From Octopus bimaculoides (Eukaryota), in contig NC_068983.1 of the NCBI RefSeq assembly GCF_001194135.2, forward strand, positions 52,970,280 to 53,034,279: a DNA stretch of 64,000 nucleotides. Reading direction: 5' to 3'. Positions 1 to 12,247 of this stretch are shown here, piece after piece. Numbering within the stretch: position 1 is the first letter of the stretch; each line of letters starts with the position of its first letter. The translations under genes and the position numbers were made by a program. The notes under the pieces are model-generated. The model saw nothing but the letters and a program-made list of their open reading frames with translations. It searched no databases and had not been told where the DNA came from.

Positions 1-57
1 TAATTAATATATGATTTTTTGCCATTTTTTTAATAATAGTATATATATATATATATA

Positions 58-403
58 GGCGCAGAAGTAGCTGTGTGGTAAGTAGCTTGTATTACCAACC
101 ACTTGGTTCCAGGTTCATTCTCACTGTGTGGCACCTAGGGCAAGTGTCTTCTACTATAACCTCAGGCCTTGTGAGTGGATTTGGTTGACAGAAACTGAAA
201 GAAGCCCGTTGTATATATATGTATATGTGTGTATGTATATGTTTGTGTGTTTGTGTTTGTCCCAACATTGCTTGAAAACTGATGCTTATGCATTTACATC
301 CCAGTAACTTAGTGGTTCAGCAAAAGAGAATGATAGAATAAGTATTAGGCTTACAAAGAATAAGTCCTGGGGTCGATTTGCTCGACTAAAGGCAGTGTTC
401 CAG
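58..403 (+). mobile_element. tRNA-headed SINE, family A
   Basis: Head ggcgcagaagtagctgtgtggtaag with B-box-like ggttcattc; body gggcaagtgtcttctactata, gaaactgaaagaagcccg, gaataagtattaggcttacaaagaataagtcctggggtcgat recurs many times in this window. Confidence 0.85.
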
Positions 404-413
404 NNNNNNNNNN

Positions 414-761
414 GAAGGGCAGACAGACAGATAAACAGACAGACATACAGACTGACAGGTAGACAGACAAGGAGAGAGTGTGACAGACAGACAGACAGAC
501 AGATAGATAGATACATACCTACCTACATACATACATACATACATACATACACACATACATACATACATACATACATACATACACACATCCATCCATACAT
601 GCATACATACATACAGATAGATAGACAGACAGACTGAGAAGCAGACAGGCAGACAGGCGGGCAGACAGGCAGGCAGGCCAGCAGACAGGCAGACAGATAG
701 ACAGTTTGGTGGATGGATAAATAGATAAACAGAGGGATAAAATAGAAAGACAGTTAACTAG

Positions 762-790
<29 letters not shown>
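414..790. repeat. Compound microsatellite (CAGA)n/(GATA)n/(CATA)n/(GGCA)n/(TA)n
   Basis: Directly visible. Confidence 0.95.
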
Positions 791-792
<2 letters not shown>

Positions 793-1022
793 TATGTCCT
801 TAATATGTACTCAAGTAAAATGACATTAAAATGTATGATGACATTTTTTAATGCTCTTTTCAGCAAAATAAAGATAATGGAGGAGGTTAAAATACTCCCA
901 GCAAAATTCTGACTTATTTTAGTAAGCTAAGTGTAAATCAGTCCAATATTGACAAACATGGTAGTCTGAAGCTGGAGGGATTCAACTAATATTTCCAATA
1001 GATATTGTTTATACACTTTGAG

Positions 1023-1084
1023 AATCATCATCTTCGTCATAATTGTCATCATCATCATCGTCATTGTCGTCATCATCATTGGTG

Positions 1085-1166
<82 letters not shown>
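1023..1166. repeat. (ATC)n trinucleotide microsatellite
   Basis: Directly visible; produces the poly-M/D/S ORFs. Confidence 0.95.
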
Positions 1167-1172
<6 letters not shown>

Positions 1173-1454
1173 GTTTAGCATTTAAATATATATGCACGTA
1201 TCTAGACATGCAAATATATGCCTGAGAATAAAACAAAACATACAAATCTTCCCATGCACTAAGTTCAAACATTGCACACATACATGCAAAAATGCTCTGT
1301 TGAAATTCCAAAGAAGGAGTCTTGGATCTAGGTTAGAAACCAGCTTTCTCTGTATTGGCAAGAAATCTTGAGATAAAACTGAATAATGACATACATTTAT
1401 ACATATGTATGTATGTATGTCTCTTCTATCTTTTTAATTATTATAAATCTTTCA

Positions 1455-1680
1455 CTGAGGAGGGAGACATTTTCCAACAAAGATACAAGGCTCCATCTTT
1501 GGGATGTAATTAACATAGATAAAATTCACATTTGGAACTTGAGAAAAGTCTGGCATATTTTTGCTGTTCCACTCAAATTTTGCCAGTCGATTTCTCTTTC
1601 TGAAAATCCCAGTTTACCCAGATTCTCCTTTAAGCATTTACTAACAAAACCTAGTGTTCTAATTATTATTGATATGAATA
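1455..1680 (-). mobile_element. 3' end remnant of an RLE-type non-LTR retrotransposon
   Basis: Minus-strand translation IIRTLGFVSKCLKENLGKLGFSEREID...SGTAKICQTFLKFQM* resembles the I/VxGxLGxV...GTxKI C-terminus of restriction-like-endonuclease LINEs. Confidence 0.6.
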
Positions 1681-1769
1681 TGAATTCATAATCTGGATAT
1701 AGAAGCTGGAGGTTTCAAAGTTTCTTTTACTTCGATTTTCAAAGAGATATTCATATGTATATATGTATG

Positions 1770-1935
1770 TGTACAAGAGGCTTCTTTTAGTTTCCATATA
1801 CCAAATCCACTCACAAAGTTCTAGTTGGCATAGAGCAATAGTAAAAGACACTTGCCCAAGGTGCCACACACAGAAACTGAACTTGAAACCATGTAGCTGG
1901 GAAGCAATTTTCTTAACCACATAGTCACACCTGCA
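1770..1935 (-). mobile_element. SINE family A, 5' portion
   Basis: Reverse complement of the family A head and body (gacacttgcccaaggtgcc, ccaaatccactcacaa). Confidence 0.75.
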
Positions 1936-2116
1936 CCTTATAGTATAAATATTCTCACATATTTGAGATAACATAACTCTCACATGCACACAAATACTTT
2001 GTAGCTTATCAAACAAGAGTGTAATTTGTCTGCAAGATAAGCCTTCACTCAACACAAAACTACAAATGACTATCCTCTCCTCTGCTGCCAGCGATCTTTA
2101 TTGTGTCTAATATTCC

Positions 2117-2999
2117 TTAACCATTTAGCATTTAAATCAGTCATATCTGGCCCAAATATTTAACCTGTTTCGTGTTCAAACTGGCCAGATCTGGCTCCTC
2201 ACATCTACACTGCAAAGTCATTCTAAAAATAAACAATCATATTATCGAAATCTCAAAACTACACAATAATGAAAGAAATGAAGCTAGCATGATCCACACT
2301 GGATGTGTAATGTCAGTGTGCACACATGACAGAGTGTAAGCGCCCTTGGAGAAATGTTGGACATTAGAAGCATCGGATGTGGTGTGCAAGAGAGATGTTT
2401 GCACTGGTACAGTCATGTACTACGGATGGATGAGGAGAGATGTGTGAAGAAGTGCCCTACACCAATTTCGCATAATCAGCCCCAGCCCATTCAAAAGTAC
2501 CTTGGATCGTAGGGTGACCTGCTGTGCTTGAGGAGACCTATTGAGTCAAGTACATTAACATCAACATCAAAATAAAAATCAAATGGAAATTGTACTTGTA
2601 ATACTCGTGCCGGTGACATGTAAAATGCACCATCCGAACGTGGCCGATGCTAATGCTGCCTTGACTGGCTTCCATGCTGGTGGCATGTAAAAAGCAGCAA
2701 CTGATTGTGGCCATTACCAGCTCCCTCTGGCCCCTGTGCTGGTGGCACATAAAAAGCACTCACTACACTCATGGAGTGGTTGGCATTAGGAAGGGCATCC
2801 AGCTGTAGAAATACTGCCAGATCAGACTGGAGCCTGGTGCAGCTTCCTGGCTTCCCAGACTCTGGTCAAACCATCCAACCCATGCTAGTATGGAAAACGG
2901 ATGGTAAACAATGATGATGAGGAATGTATGATTAACTTCAAACAATGTGAATAAATAATCATTACATTTGAAAGAGTAATTTGAATGCTAAAGTGTTAA
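2117..2999. mobile_element. TTAA-flanked (piggyBac-like) MITE split by a nested RTE insertion
   Basis: Left end TTAAccatttagcatt and right end aatgctaaagtgTTAA are inverted repeats; the middle (about 2270-2922) is an RTE piece. Confidence 0.65.
2270..2922 (+). mobile_element. RTE-clade LINE 3' fragment with (GAT)n tail
   Basis: Degenerate translation resembling RNEASM..WMCNVSV...QER.L.WY.HVLRMDEE.CVKKC, then the shared tail ttaggaagggcatccagctgtagaaa...aacccatgctagtatggaaaacgg and gatgatga. Confidence 0.75.
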
Positions 3000-3381
3000 A
3001 CTCTGTAATAAACTATGTTGCAGGAACAGCTGTTTGGTTAACAAGTTTGCTTTGCAATCACATGGTCCCAGTTTCAATATTGATGTGCAAATGTCTACAA
3101 CAATAGCTCTGAGATGATTGAAGGACTGTAAAGAAAATTTTGGTGACAGAAATTAAATGAAAGTCCACTGGATCCAATACATGATGTAAAGAGGTTGGTG
3201 ACAGAAGGTTACCACCATCATCCTCACCATCATCATTATTGTTTGCTCACTTTTCCATGCTTGCATGTTGAGGCAATTTTTACATGCTAGGCCACTAGTA
3301 GTAGAAATTTCTAATATTTCTAATTACCCTTGATAATACATAAATATACACACGCACACACACGCACACACACACACACAC

Positions 3382-3490
<109 letters not shown>

Positions 3491-3734
3491 CATATGTGAC
3501 TAATTGGATGCATACATGTATGTCTTTGTGTTTACTGGCTTTAAAAAGATAACTTAACCATTTCCATTTGATAAATATTGCATTATATTCTTCCAGCTCT
3601 CTCCTGTTGCCTAGATAGCTTTTGAACTCATTGTCACTTATTTTTGTTTTGTGCGTTTGCTTCCATGTCAAACAAATTTCCTTCTCTTGCATCTTTCATC
3701 ATCATTCTCACCCATGTTTCCTTAGTTCACTATG

Positions 3735-4330
3735 TCTTCCCCTTTTTATAAGTAATAGTTTGCTTCATAAGACTTCCCGTTCTTCTAAGTACATGGCTCA
3801 TCCATTTCCATCTTGAAAATTCAACAAAAATATTTACATCATCTAACCTAACCACTTTCCTTATGGAAGCATTAGTTATATTCTGTTGCCAACTATCACC
3901 AGAATTCTCCTTAAAGCTTTATTTTCAAAGGCCAGGAATTTTGCATCAGTAGTTACTGTGCAATACCATGATGAATGTCCACAGGCTAAACTCGTTTGTA
4001 CAAGAATAATAGAAAATTTTGTTTTTGTGTGTACTGGTTCTTTATTTGAAATCCATACTGGATTCCCATAGTTTGTGTGGCATTCTTTAAGCTCTCTTGA
4101 AATTTTGTATGAAGGGAACGATTATTGGATACAATTGTTGTGCTTAAACAATAATAGATCTCTGGGGCTTCAGGAAAGGTAGTGGATGTGACAGCCAAAT
4201 ATTTACTTTAGAACATGTTATGCAGCAATCAAATGAATTGCATTTGTCAATGGTCTTATCTTCCATTGACTTTCAAAAAGTATTTGACAGCATTTTCTAC
4301 AAAATGTTTGCTAAAATTATGAGAAAATTT
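3735..4330 (-). mobile_element. Old RTE-like LINE RT C-terminal remnant
   Basis: Minus-strand motifs FENKALRRIL and RWKWMSHVLRR, typical of the RTE ORF end. Confidence 0.65.
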
Positions 4331-4589
4331 GGTACGCCTTAGAAAAAATGTGACCATTATTATTAAGAAAATGATCAATAGTGATGGCTTTATAGGCACA
4401 GTTATGGCTATAGGCATAGTTATAGCTATAGGCACAGGTATGGCTGTGTGGTTAAGACACTCACTTTCCAAGTATGTGGTTTCATGTTCAATCCCACTGC
4501 ATGGCACCATAAGCAAGTGTCTTCTAAAATAGTCCTGGGCCAACTAATGAATTTGGTTGGCAGAAATTCTACAGAAACCTGTTATTCTT

Positions 4590-4798
4590 TTATTTGTTTC
4601 AGTCATTTGACTGCAGCCATGCTGGAGCACCGCCTTTAGTCGAATCAAATTGACCCCAGGACTTATTCTTTGGAAGCCTAGTACTTATTTTATCGGTCTC
4701 TTTTGCTGAACCGCTAAGTTACAGGGATGTAAACACACCGCCATCAGTTGTCAAGCGATGTTGGGGGGACAAACACAGACACACAAACATATTCACAT

Positions 4799-4848
<50 letters not shown>

Positions 4849-5000
4849 CGGGCTTCTTTCAGTTTCTGTCTACCAAATCCACTCACAAGGATTTGGTCGG
4901 CCCGAGGCTATAGTAGAAGACACTTGCCCAAAGCGTCACACAGTGGGAATGAACCTAGAACCATGTGGTTGATAAGCAAGCTACTTACCACACAGCCATG
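4590..5000 (-). mobile_element. SINE family A, near full length
   Basis: Reverse complement matches 58-403 and 16125-16552; internal (CA)n/(TA)n. Confidence 0.85.
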
Positions 5001-5261
5001 CATATTATAATGTTTCATTTAAGCATAGTGATACTAATAATGGGATGTTACAAGTCAACATACATATGATTCGGAAGAAAAAAGCTTCACTTCAGTTGCA
5101 TACAGAGCAAAATATGAAATTAAATAAATGACAAATGAACAGGAAATTATGCAATGAACTTCATTAGCTTATGACTATTCCTGCTACAAGGTGCAGGACA
5201 CTCACAGCTGAATGCTTGTGCATCACTTTATAGCTTCCATTGACATTATTTAATTTTATTA

Positions 5262-5478
5262 GGCAGCGAGCTGGCAGAATTGTTAGCATGTGGAGAGAAA
5301 TGCTTAGTGGTATTTCGTCTGCCGCTACATTCTGAGTTCAAATTCCACCGAGGTCAACTTTGCTTATCATCTTTTTGGGGTTGATAAATTAAGTATGAGT
5401 TGTGTTCTAGGGTCAATCTAATTGACTACCCCCTTACCCAAAATTTCAGGCCATGTTCCTATAGTAGAAAAGATTAAT
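5262..5478 (+). mobile_element. tRNA-headed SINE, family B
   Basis: ggcagcgagctggcagaa...ctgagttcaaattccaccgaggtcaactttgc...gataaattaagta...aaaatttcaggcc; also seen at 13310, 45322, 51185, 54600, 60380. Confidence 0.8.
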
Positions 5479-5489
5479 TAATTTTAATA

Positions 5490-6140
5490 CGTATATTTAC
5501 ATTTGAAATTTGAAATCTGAAATCGAAATCAAACCGAATCCGATGACTGGCACCCATGCCAACCTCTCCTTCATTGGACACTACACTCTGCTTGCGAAGA
5601 CCTGTTGGGNNNNNNNNNNCACTACACTCTGCTTGCGAAGACCTGTTGGGGCAAGTGAAATTGTAATTGAACCATACTCGATGACTGGTCACCGTGCCAG
5701 TGGAGCACTAACAGCACTGTCAAGCATGTTTATTGCCAGAGCAGCTGTCTGGCTTCCATGATAGTGGCACCATTTGAGCGTAATCGTTACCAGCGTCGTC
5801 TTCTAGCACTTGTGCTGGTGGCACGTTAGAAAATCATTTGAGCGAGATCGTTACCAGTGCCGCTGGACTGGCTCCCGTGCAGGTGGCACATAAAAAACAC
5901 CTTTTTGAGCATGGCCGTTGCCAGTACCGTGTGACTGGCCCTCGTGCCGGTGGCACGTAAAAGCACCCACTACACTCTCGGAGTGGTGGGCGTTAGGAAG
6001 GGCATCCAGCTGTAGAAACTCTGCCAGATCAGATTGGAGCCTGGTTCAGCCTTCTGGCTTGCCAGTCCTCAGTCAAATCATCCAACCCATGCTAGCATGG
6101 AAAGCGGACATTAAACGATGATGATGATGATGATGATGAT
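5490..6140 (+). mobile_element. RTE-tail element ending in (GAT)n
   Basis: cactacactctcggagtggtgggcgttaggaagggcatccagctgtag...ggaaagcggacattaaacgatgatgatg; the duplicated 31-mer flanking the N gap at 5590 is probably an assembly artefact. Confidence 0.8.
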
Positions 6141-6228
6141 ATATAATAAGAGTAGAAATTAATATTATTAAATAATATCAATTTCAACCAGTGGTTAGCA
6201 TCCTTAAAAAATGTCTGAGGACCATGAA

Positions 6229-6798
6229 TTCTATTTAAATATAAACAATATGAGAGACCACTATGTGGATCCCTTGTACGCTAAAAATATACGTCAAACC
6301 GTCTTACCACGAAATTTGTGTTCCCAAATTAGCAAGACACTAGATGTTTATGAGCTAGACAAACGAAAAGAAATAAACATAGCACTTAATTTCATACCTT
6401 AAGGCTTCGTCATAAACAATTCAATAACTGTCAATGTCTCTTCAGCGAAATCGGTGCTGACACAACAATGGAACTGGACACCACCTGTCTCCGTGGGAGG
6501 ATACGAATGTATAGAGTTCCAATATCATGTATTTTAACAGGTGGTGTCCACTTCCATTGTTGTGTCATCACCGATTTCACTGAAGAGCCACAGACAGTTA
6601 TTGAATTGTGTACATGTCAAAACCTTAACGTTTGGAATTAAGTGCTATGTTTATTTCTTTTCATTTGTCTAGCTCATGAACATCTAGTGTCTTGCTAATT
6701 TGAGAACACAGATTTCGTGGTAAGACGGTTTGGTGTCTATTTTTAGCATTCAAGGGATCCACATAGTGGCCTCTCATATTGTTTACATATAAATAGAT
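6229..6798. mobile_element. Fold-back element with about 260-bp inverted arms
   Basis: 6229-6488 is the diverged reverse complement of 6537-6798 (e.g. ccactatgtggatcccttg / caagggatccacatagtgg); about 48-nt spacer. Confidence 0.85.
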
Positions 6799-7178
6799 AT
6801 GTCATTATGTCTTATATATGATATATATATATATATTAACTACTGCTACGGACACGGACAGAGGTCACTGCCATTTACCATTACCAACACGATTACTACT
6901 ACTACTACAACCAACAAAAAATTCCCCCACGTGGACTATTGACACCAGTAAGGAACAATTTTGAACTCTTCAATTAATTTCATTTTTTTAAATATGTATT
7001 TTTGATAAGGTTCGTTTTTACAAGAACCGAAACATGTTAAAAATATCTCTGACAAAATTTTAAATTAAAATTCATTTTTTATATATTGGCGTTTTCAAAC
7101 TTCTTTTTTATAAATATATATATATATCAGTGAAGAATGTCACTGGAAAAGAAGATATAAGATTTGCCAGGTTTTTCT

Positions 7179-7267
7179 CTCTCACCAAGGTCATCAGCTG
7201 TCGAACGCCGATGAAGGGAAATAACCCTGAAATCCGGATACGTTCGTGCTGCTGGTCGTGGTGAGAG
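7179..7267 (+). ncRNA. Type I hammerhead ribozyme motif (U4C variant, palindromic helix III)
   Basis: Helix I cgaacg(7202-7207)/cgttcg(7241-7246); core CCGAUGA; helix II aggg/ccct; GAAA; helix III ATCCGGAT; predicted cleavage after AUA (7240); outer helix ctctcacca/tggtgagag. Confidence 0.7.
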
Positions 7268-7399
7268 GGATAACTCCCTTGGCAAACAGGACACAGTCGT
7301 GTGTCGATAAGCCAGCTGGAGGAGATGTCCTCCTGGGGCTAAAAGCAACAGTAACATCCACCCCTAGGGGTCAGCCACACTTAAGTGGCAATATACTAC

Positions 7400-7437
<38 letters not shown>

Positions 7438-7941
7438 TATCGTCATCAACATCATCATCATCATTTAAATTCCATTTTCCACGTTGGCATGGGTTGGATG
7501 GTTTGATAAGAGCTGGCTAGGCTAGGAACTGTACTAGGCTCCACTGTCTGGTTTGGCATGGTCTCTACAGCTGGATGCCCTTCATAACACCAACCATTTA
7601 ACAGAGTGCACTGAAATCTCTATACATTGTACTAGTACAAGTGGTTTTTACGTGATATCAGCATCAACAGGGTTACCAAGTACCTTGCAAGACAAAAACC
7701 CCTCAACCCAGAGTAGGGAGTAGTATTGAGGAGTTGGTAGCTTTGCACCAGTTGAGAGCTTAAAGGTATAGACGAACAGGGATAGATGTCCTGCTGTGGA
7801 GTAGGTATAACGGTACCCTTCTTGGAAAAGAAAAGTGTGAGTTAGAGGGTAAGATAATGAGTGTGGTTGAGTCAGAGAGTAAGAGAGTGATAATGAGAGA
7901 GATGGTGGCAAAGATGTGTCAGGACATACTCTCGAGGGACA

Positions 7942-8171
7942 TTAACCCATTCATTACCATATTTCTGTTGAGATGCTCTGTGTTTCTTTCAATTAATTTT
8001 AAATATAACAAAGAATTTAGTAAAATAACTTAATTATCATTAAGCTAGTGTTAGGAACATAAATTGTGACTAAGGTTTGGTGGAAGATTTTAAATCAGAA
8101 CTTATGCAAACAAGACATTTGTACTACACAGACAGAGGCGATTTCAGCCGGGTTGGTGTCAGAAGGGTTAA
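7942..8171. mobile_element. TTAA-flanked piggyBac-like MITE, copy 1
   Basis: TTAAccc...gggTTAA ends; highly similar to 8203-8432. Confidence 0.8.
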
Positions 8172-8202
8172 GGCCCACCTTATTTTCTCTCTCTCTCCAG
8201 CT

Positions 8203-8432
8203 TTAACCCTTTTGTTGCCATATTTCTGTTGAGATGCTCTGTGTTTCTTTCAATTAATTTTAAATATAACAAAGAATTTAGTAAAATAACTTAGTTATCA
8301 TTAAGCTAGTGTTAGGAACATAAATTGTGTCTAAGGTTTGGTGGAAGATTTTAATTCAAAGCTAATGAAAACAAGACATTTGTACTACAGAGCCAGAGCT
8401 GGTTTCAGCCAGGTTGGTATCAAAAGGATTAA
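8203..8432. mobile_element. TTAA-flanked piggyBac-like MITE, copy 2
   Basis: TTAAccct...aggaTTAA; direct repeat of copy 1. Confidence 0.8.
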
Positions 8433-8874
8433 GGATGGTGAAAATAAGTGAGGTTATACAGAGGTATAGAGTGGATAAGTGACCAGGATAGAGGTGATTG
8501 TAGTAAATGATGGAAAGAAATATAGGGGTAACTCAGGAAGGGGATTGTGGTAGGTATGTGAGGGCATTGAGGGTGATAGAAGATAAGGAAGGTGTTAATG
8601 ATAGAGAATAGCAGAGGAGAGAGAATGCACAGAAAGGATGTGACTGGTGGAAAGAGTAGGAGCAGGGGAGGTATTGGGATATGGAAGTGGTTTGTGGTGG
8701 GGAATGAAAGGTAACTGAGAAAGCAAAGGGATGTAGTATGTACCTATTCTGTGCTCAGGTGATAGAGAACTGATGGGTGCTAAGGGATGAAATGTTATCA
8801 GGGGGTGGGGGGAATGGTTGATGAGGCAAAGAAGAAGGAGATGGTGGGGAGAGGGCAGAGCAACTCATGGACAA

Positions 8875-9150
8875 GCATTACCGTTGTGATCTTAGGATAT
8901 CAATTCCGCTGTGATGGACAAATCTTCTTCAATACACCAAAGTGCTAGATATCTCAGTCCTTTGTCATCTCCTTTGTTAGGTTCAGCGTCTTAAGATCAG
9001 CCTTCAATACTTTGTCAATCTCATGTCTTTCTGAGTTCCCCTCTTCTACAAATTCCATACACTTTATGTGATTGGCACTTCCTTATGCAACTATCTTCAT
9101 CCAGATGCATCACATAACCAAACCAGCACTGTCTTCTCTCTTGCACACTA
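8875..9150 (-). mobile_element. RTE LINE 3' ORF fragment
   Basis: Minus-strand VQERRQCWFGYVMHLDEDSCIRKC...RGELRKT. Confidence 0.75.
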
Positions 9151-9176
9151 TGTCTAATTCCTTTGTATGTATATAT

Positions 9177-11790
9177 TTGTGGATATACTTGTGGTATTTG
9201 TATGTAATCGTAGTTTTGCAGTTGCTTTCCTGTGGGTGTATATAAATATCTCATTTATTTCTCTCAGTATCCTTGCTGCTGAGGAAAAGTTATTAGACTA
9301 ATCCAGAAATTGATCAATCCAAAGCTAACTCTTTTATAAATTTCTGTGAGCCTACTTCATCAATTTCAACACGTGTATACTATAAAGGTACCATAAAAAC
9401 CCATGTAATTTGTGCACCTGTGTAATTTACGCAGGTACACAAATTACATGGGTTTTAATGAAAAAAATTTTAAGTGGTTTGACAATTTAGCATCTATTTT
9501 CAGCATAGGCATGGCCTCTTCTATGCCCTTAAAAAATTGTTAGAAAAAGCTTCTACTCATGTAAAATTAACACCCAAAATTTTCAGAATTGCCAATATGG
9601 CCAGGAGGAAAAGGTTTTCAATTTAATTGTATGTACCATAACTTCACTTACTTATGATAAGATTTTATTAAATAAAAATAATTTCTGTTTAACAGATATC
9701 ACATTGAAAGCTATTAAATTACGAAGTGTTTGTGTTTATAATAAATTGTGTTTTACATTTCTTGCCCACAAGAGATTATGTCTGCTCTTTAGCATACTTC
9801 TGTATGTCTTCTCAAATCATGATCTCAGGAAAAGTTGTTGATAATTCTTATCAACAAAAACCAAACTGATATATATGCCATGTTGCAAAATAAGTTCAAT
9901 TACCAATAAACATCAGCTTGGATGACACTTTACTCAACTGACAGAGGAAGGTGACCAATCAAATGATTATGTAAACAAAATTCTGATTGGTTGAAAGTGT
10001 CTTCTAGTCTCAAGCTCTGATTTTCGGCCTATTCTTGTCAGAACCTTTGATATGAAGTATCAACATTTTAATCCCATTCACACTTATAAAATGTCAAGCA
10101 AACTTAAAAATTTGTTATTACCGTTTTAGCCAGGAGACCAAATTGATAGTTTGGTGACCTGCTAAAATAAATATTAAGAACCAAAAGGAGAAAATAAACA
10201 GCTTTGCAAGTTTTACCCAGTGTTTATTGAAAAAGAGAAGTGCGAAATTTAAGAAGTGACTTGTTTGATTATACACATCTGTGAGGAGACATAAACAAGA
10301 ATAGCAAAAATTTACTATACCAAAAGAACTGGTAATTCATACATTACAAGTGTTCTATGAAGAGAACATAAGATTGTTGCATACTTCAACATGAATGTGA
10401 AATGACATTAAACATTGTATAAGGTAAATGAAGGTTTCTGTAGGAATGCTAAGTCATATTCATTTAGTGAGTTTACATGCACAAGGATGAATTATGATGC
10501 TGTTGTCGTTGGTGTTAGATGCAGTAAATATAGCCCAGTCCGTGATTACCAGCATGAACATCAAACTTCAAGAAGTAGTTAACCATTTGGTTTTAGTAAA
10601 TTTATACAGAAAAAGTAAGCATTATACCATCCACCATAAATAAAAGTCAACTTCATTATATTTTTTCAGTAAAAACCTATTCTGACATTAAATGAGTCAA
10701 CTTCCGGTACAAATGTTTACATTTGTACATCATTTTTCAACAAAAAAAAAAATCTAAAAAAATTCTAGAAATGATTTACTCATGTAATTTACGCACCCCT
10801 TAAAGTTTATTTTTGCTTTTGTGAAAAAAAGTGCATAAATTACATGGGTTTTAATGATAAAAATTTTAAATGGTTTGACAATTTAGCATCTATTTTCAGC
10901 ATAGGTATGGCCTCTGGTATGCCCTTAATTATAATTGTTTCACCCCGACTGGATTCTGTTCTAGTAGTATGTAAAAAGCACCATCCAAACATGGCTGATG
11001 TCAGTACTGCCTGACTGGCTCCCATGCTGGTGGAATGTAAAAAGTACCCACCACACTCTCAGAGTGGTTGGTGTTAGGAATGGCATCCAGCTGTAGAAAC
11101 ATTGCCAGATCAGATTAGAGCCTAATGAGGCCTCCTTGCTTGCCAGTCCCCAGCCAAACCGTTCAACCCATGCCAGCATGAAAAACAGATGTTAAACGCT
11201 GATGATAATGATGATGATGATGATGATGAATATTATAAATCTCTATATATGAATTCACCTTAACAGGTCTATATTATATGCAGGTCATTGATAAAATTTT
11301 TAACGATTTTATACTTTATTATTATAATTGAATAATTTCCATTCACTTCAGGGTAGTCTAGTCACTTCTGTATTATTCTGACCAAATACACAAATCCTGA
11401 GGTAGACTGCAAAATTTGATGCAGATATGTTTGTGGTATTTGTATGTAATCGTAACTTTGCATTTGCTTTCCTGTGGGTATGTATAAATATCTCATTTAT
11501 TTCCCTCAGTATGCCTTGCTGGGGAGAAAAATTTATTAAACTAAACCAGAAATTGAAGGCTAACTATTTTATGAATATCTGTGATCCTACTCCCTCGAAT
11601 TCAACATGTTGTGTACTATAAAAGTGATAATTTTAAGTAGTTTGACAATTTAGCATCTATTTTCAGCATAGACATGGTCTTTTCTATGCCCTTAATTATA
11701 ATTGTATTTCATACTATTATAAATCTCTATATATGAACTCACCTTCATCGGTCTCTATTATATGCTGACCAGTGATAAAATTTTTAATGA
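9177..11790. repeat. Locally duplicated/triplicated AT-rich unit
   Basis: gtttgacaatttagcatctattttcagcatag is identical at about 9478, 10873 and 11640; further blocks shared between 9177/11425 and 11231/11717. Confidence 0.8.
10945..11229 (+). mobile_element. RTE-tail element inserted into the triplicated unit
   Basis: ttaggaatggcatccagctgtagaaac...catgccagcatg...(GAT)n. Confidence 0.8.
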
Positions 11791-11884
11791 TTTTATCCTT
11801 TATTATTATACACACACATGTATGTATACACATACATATCTATATATATATTCACACACTCTCTCTCACACATCCTATCATACA

Positions 11885-12247
11885 CACATACATACATGCA
11901 TGCATACATACATACATACATGCATGCATGCATACATACATACATACACACATACATACATGCATACATACATACATACATGCATGCATACATACATACA
12001 TACATACATACATGCATGCATGCATGCATGCATGCATACATACATACATGCATGCATACATACATACATACATACATACATACATACATACATGCAGACA
12101 TACATACCTACATACATACATACATACATACATATTGATTCTAATGGAAATCAACTTTGACATATTTATGTCTTCTCTAAATCAAACTGAATTATTTGAT
12201 CCATTCCAAGATTTCCTTTTAGTTCAGTTGGAACACTGGGATAGCGC

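Larger units (their letters stand above)
7440..8870 (-). mobile_element. RTE-tail element with long purine-rich extension, interrupted by two MITEs
   Basis: (CAT)n then reverse complement of the RTE tail; junction accttgcaagac shared with 12470-12960 and, diverged, 53040-53680. Confidence 0.6.

Noticed and set aside
927-1311. Poly-Met/Asp/Ser ORFs
   Set aside because: Translations of an (ATC)n microsatellite
9478-9530. HRHGLFYAL or mitochondrial-like reading of the triplicated unit (possible NUMT or exon)
   Set aside because: Frames break in the paralogues, too few substitutions to infer selection, and no mitochondrial gene recognised
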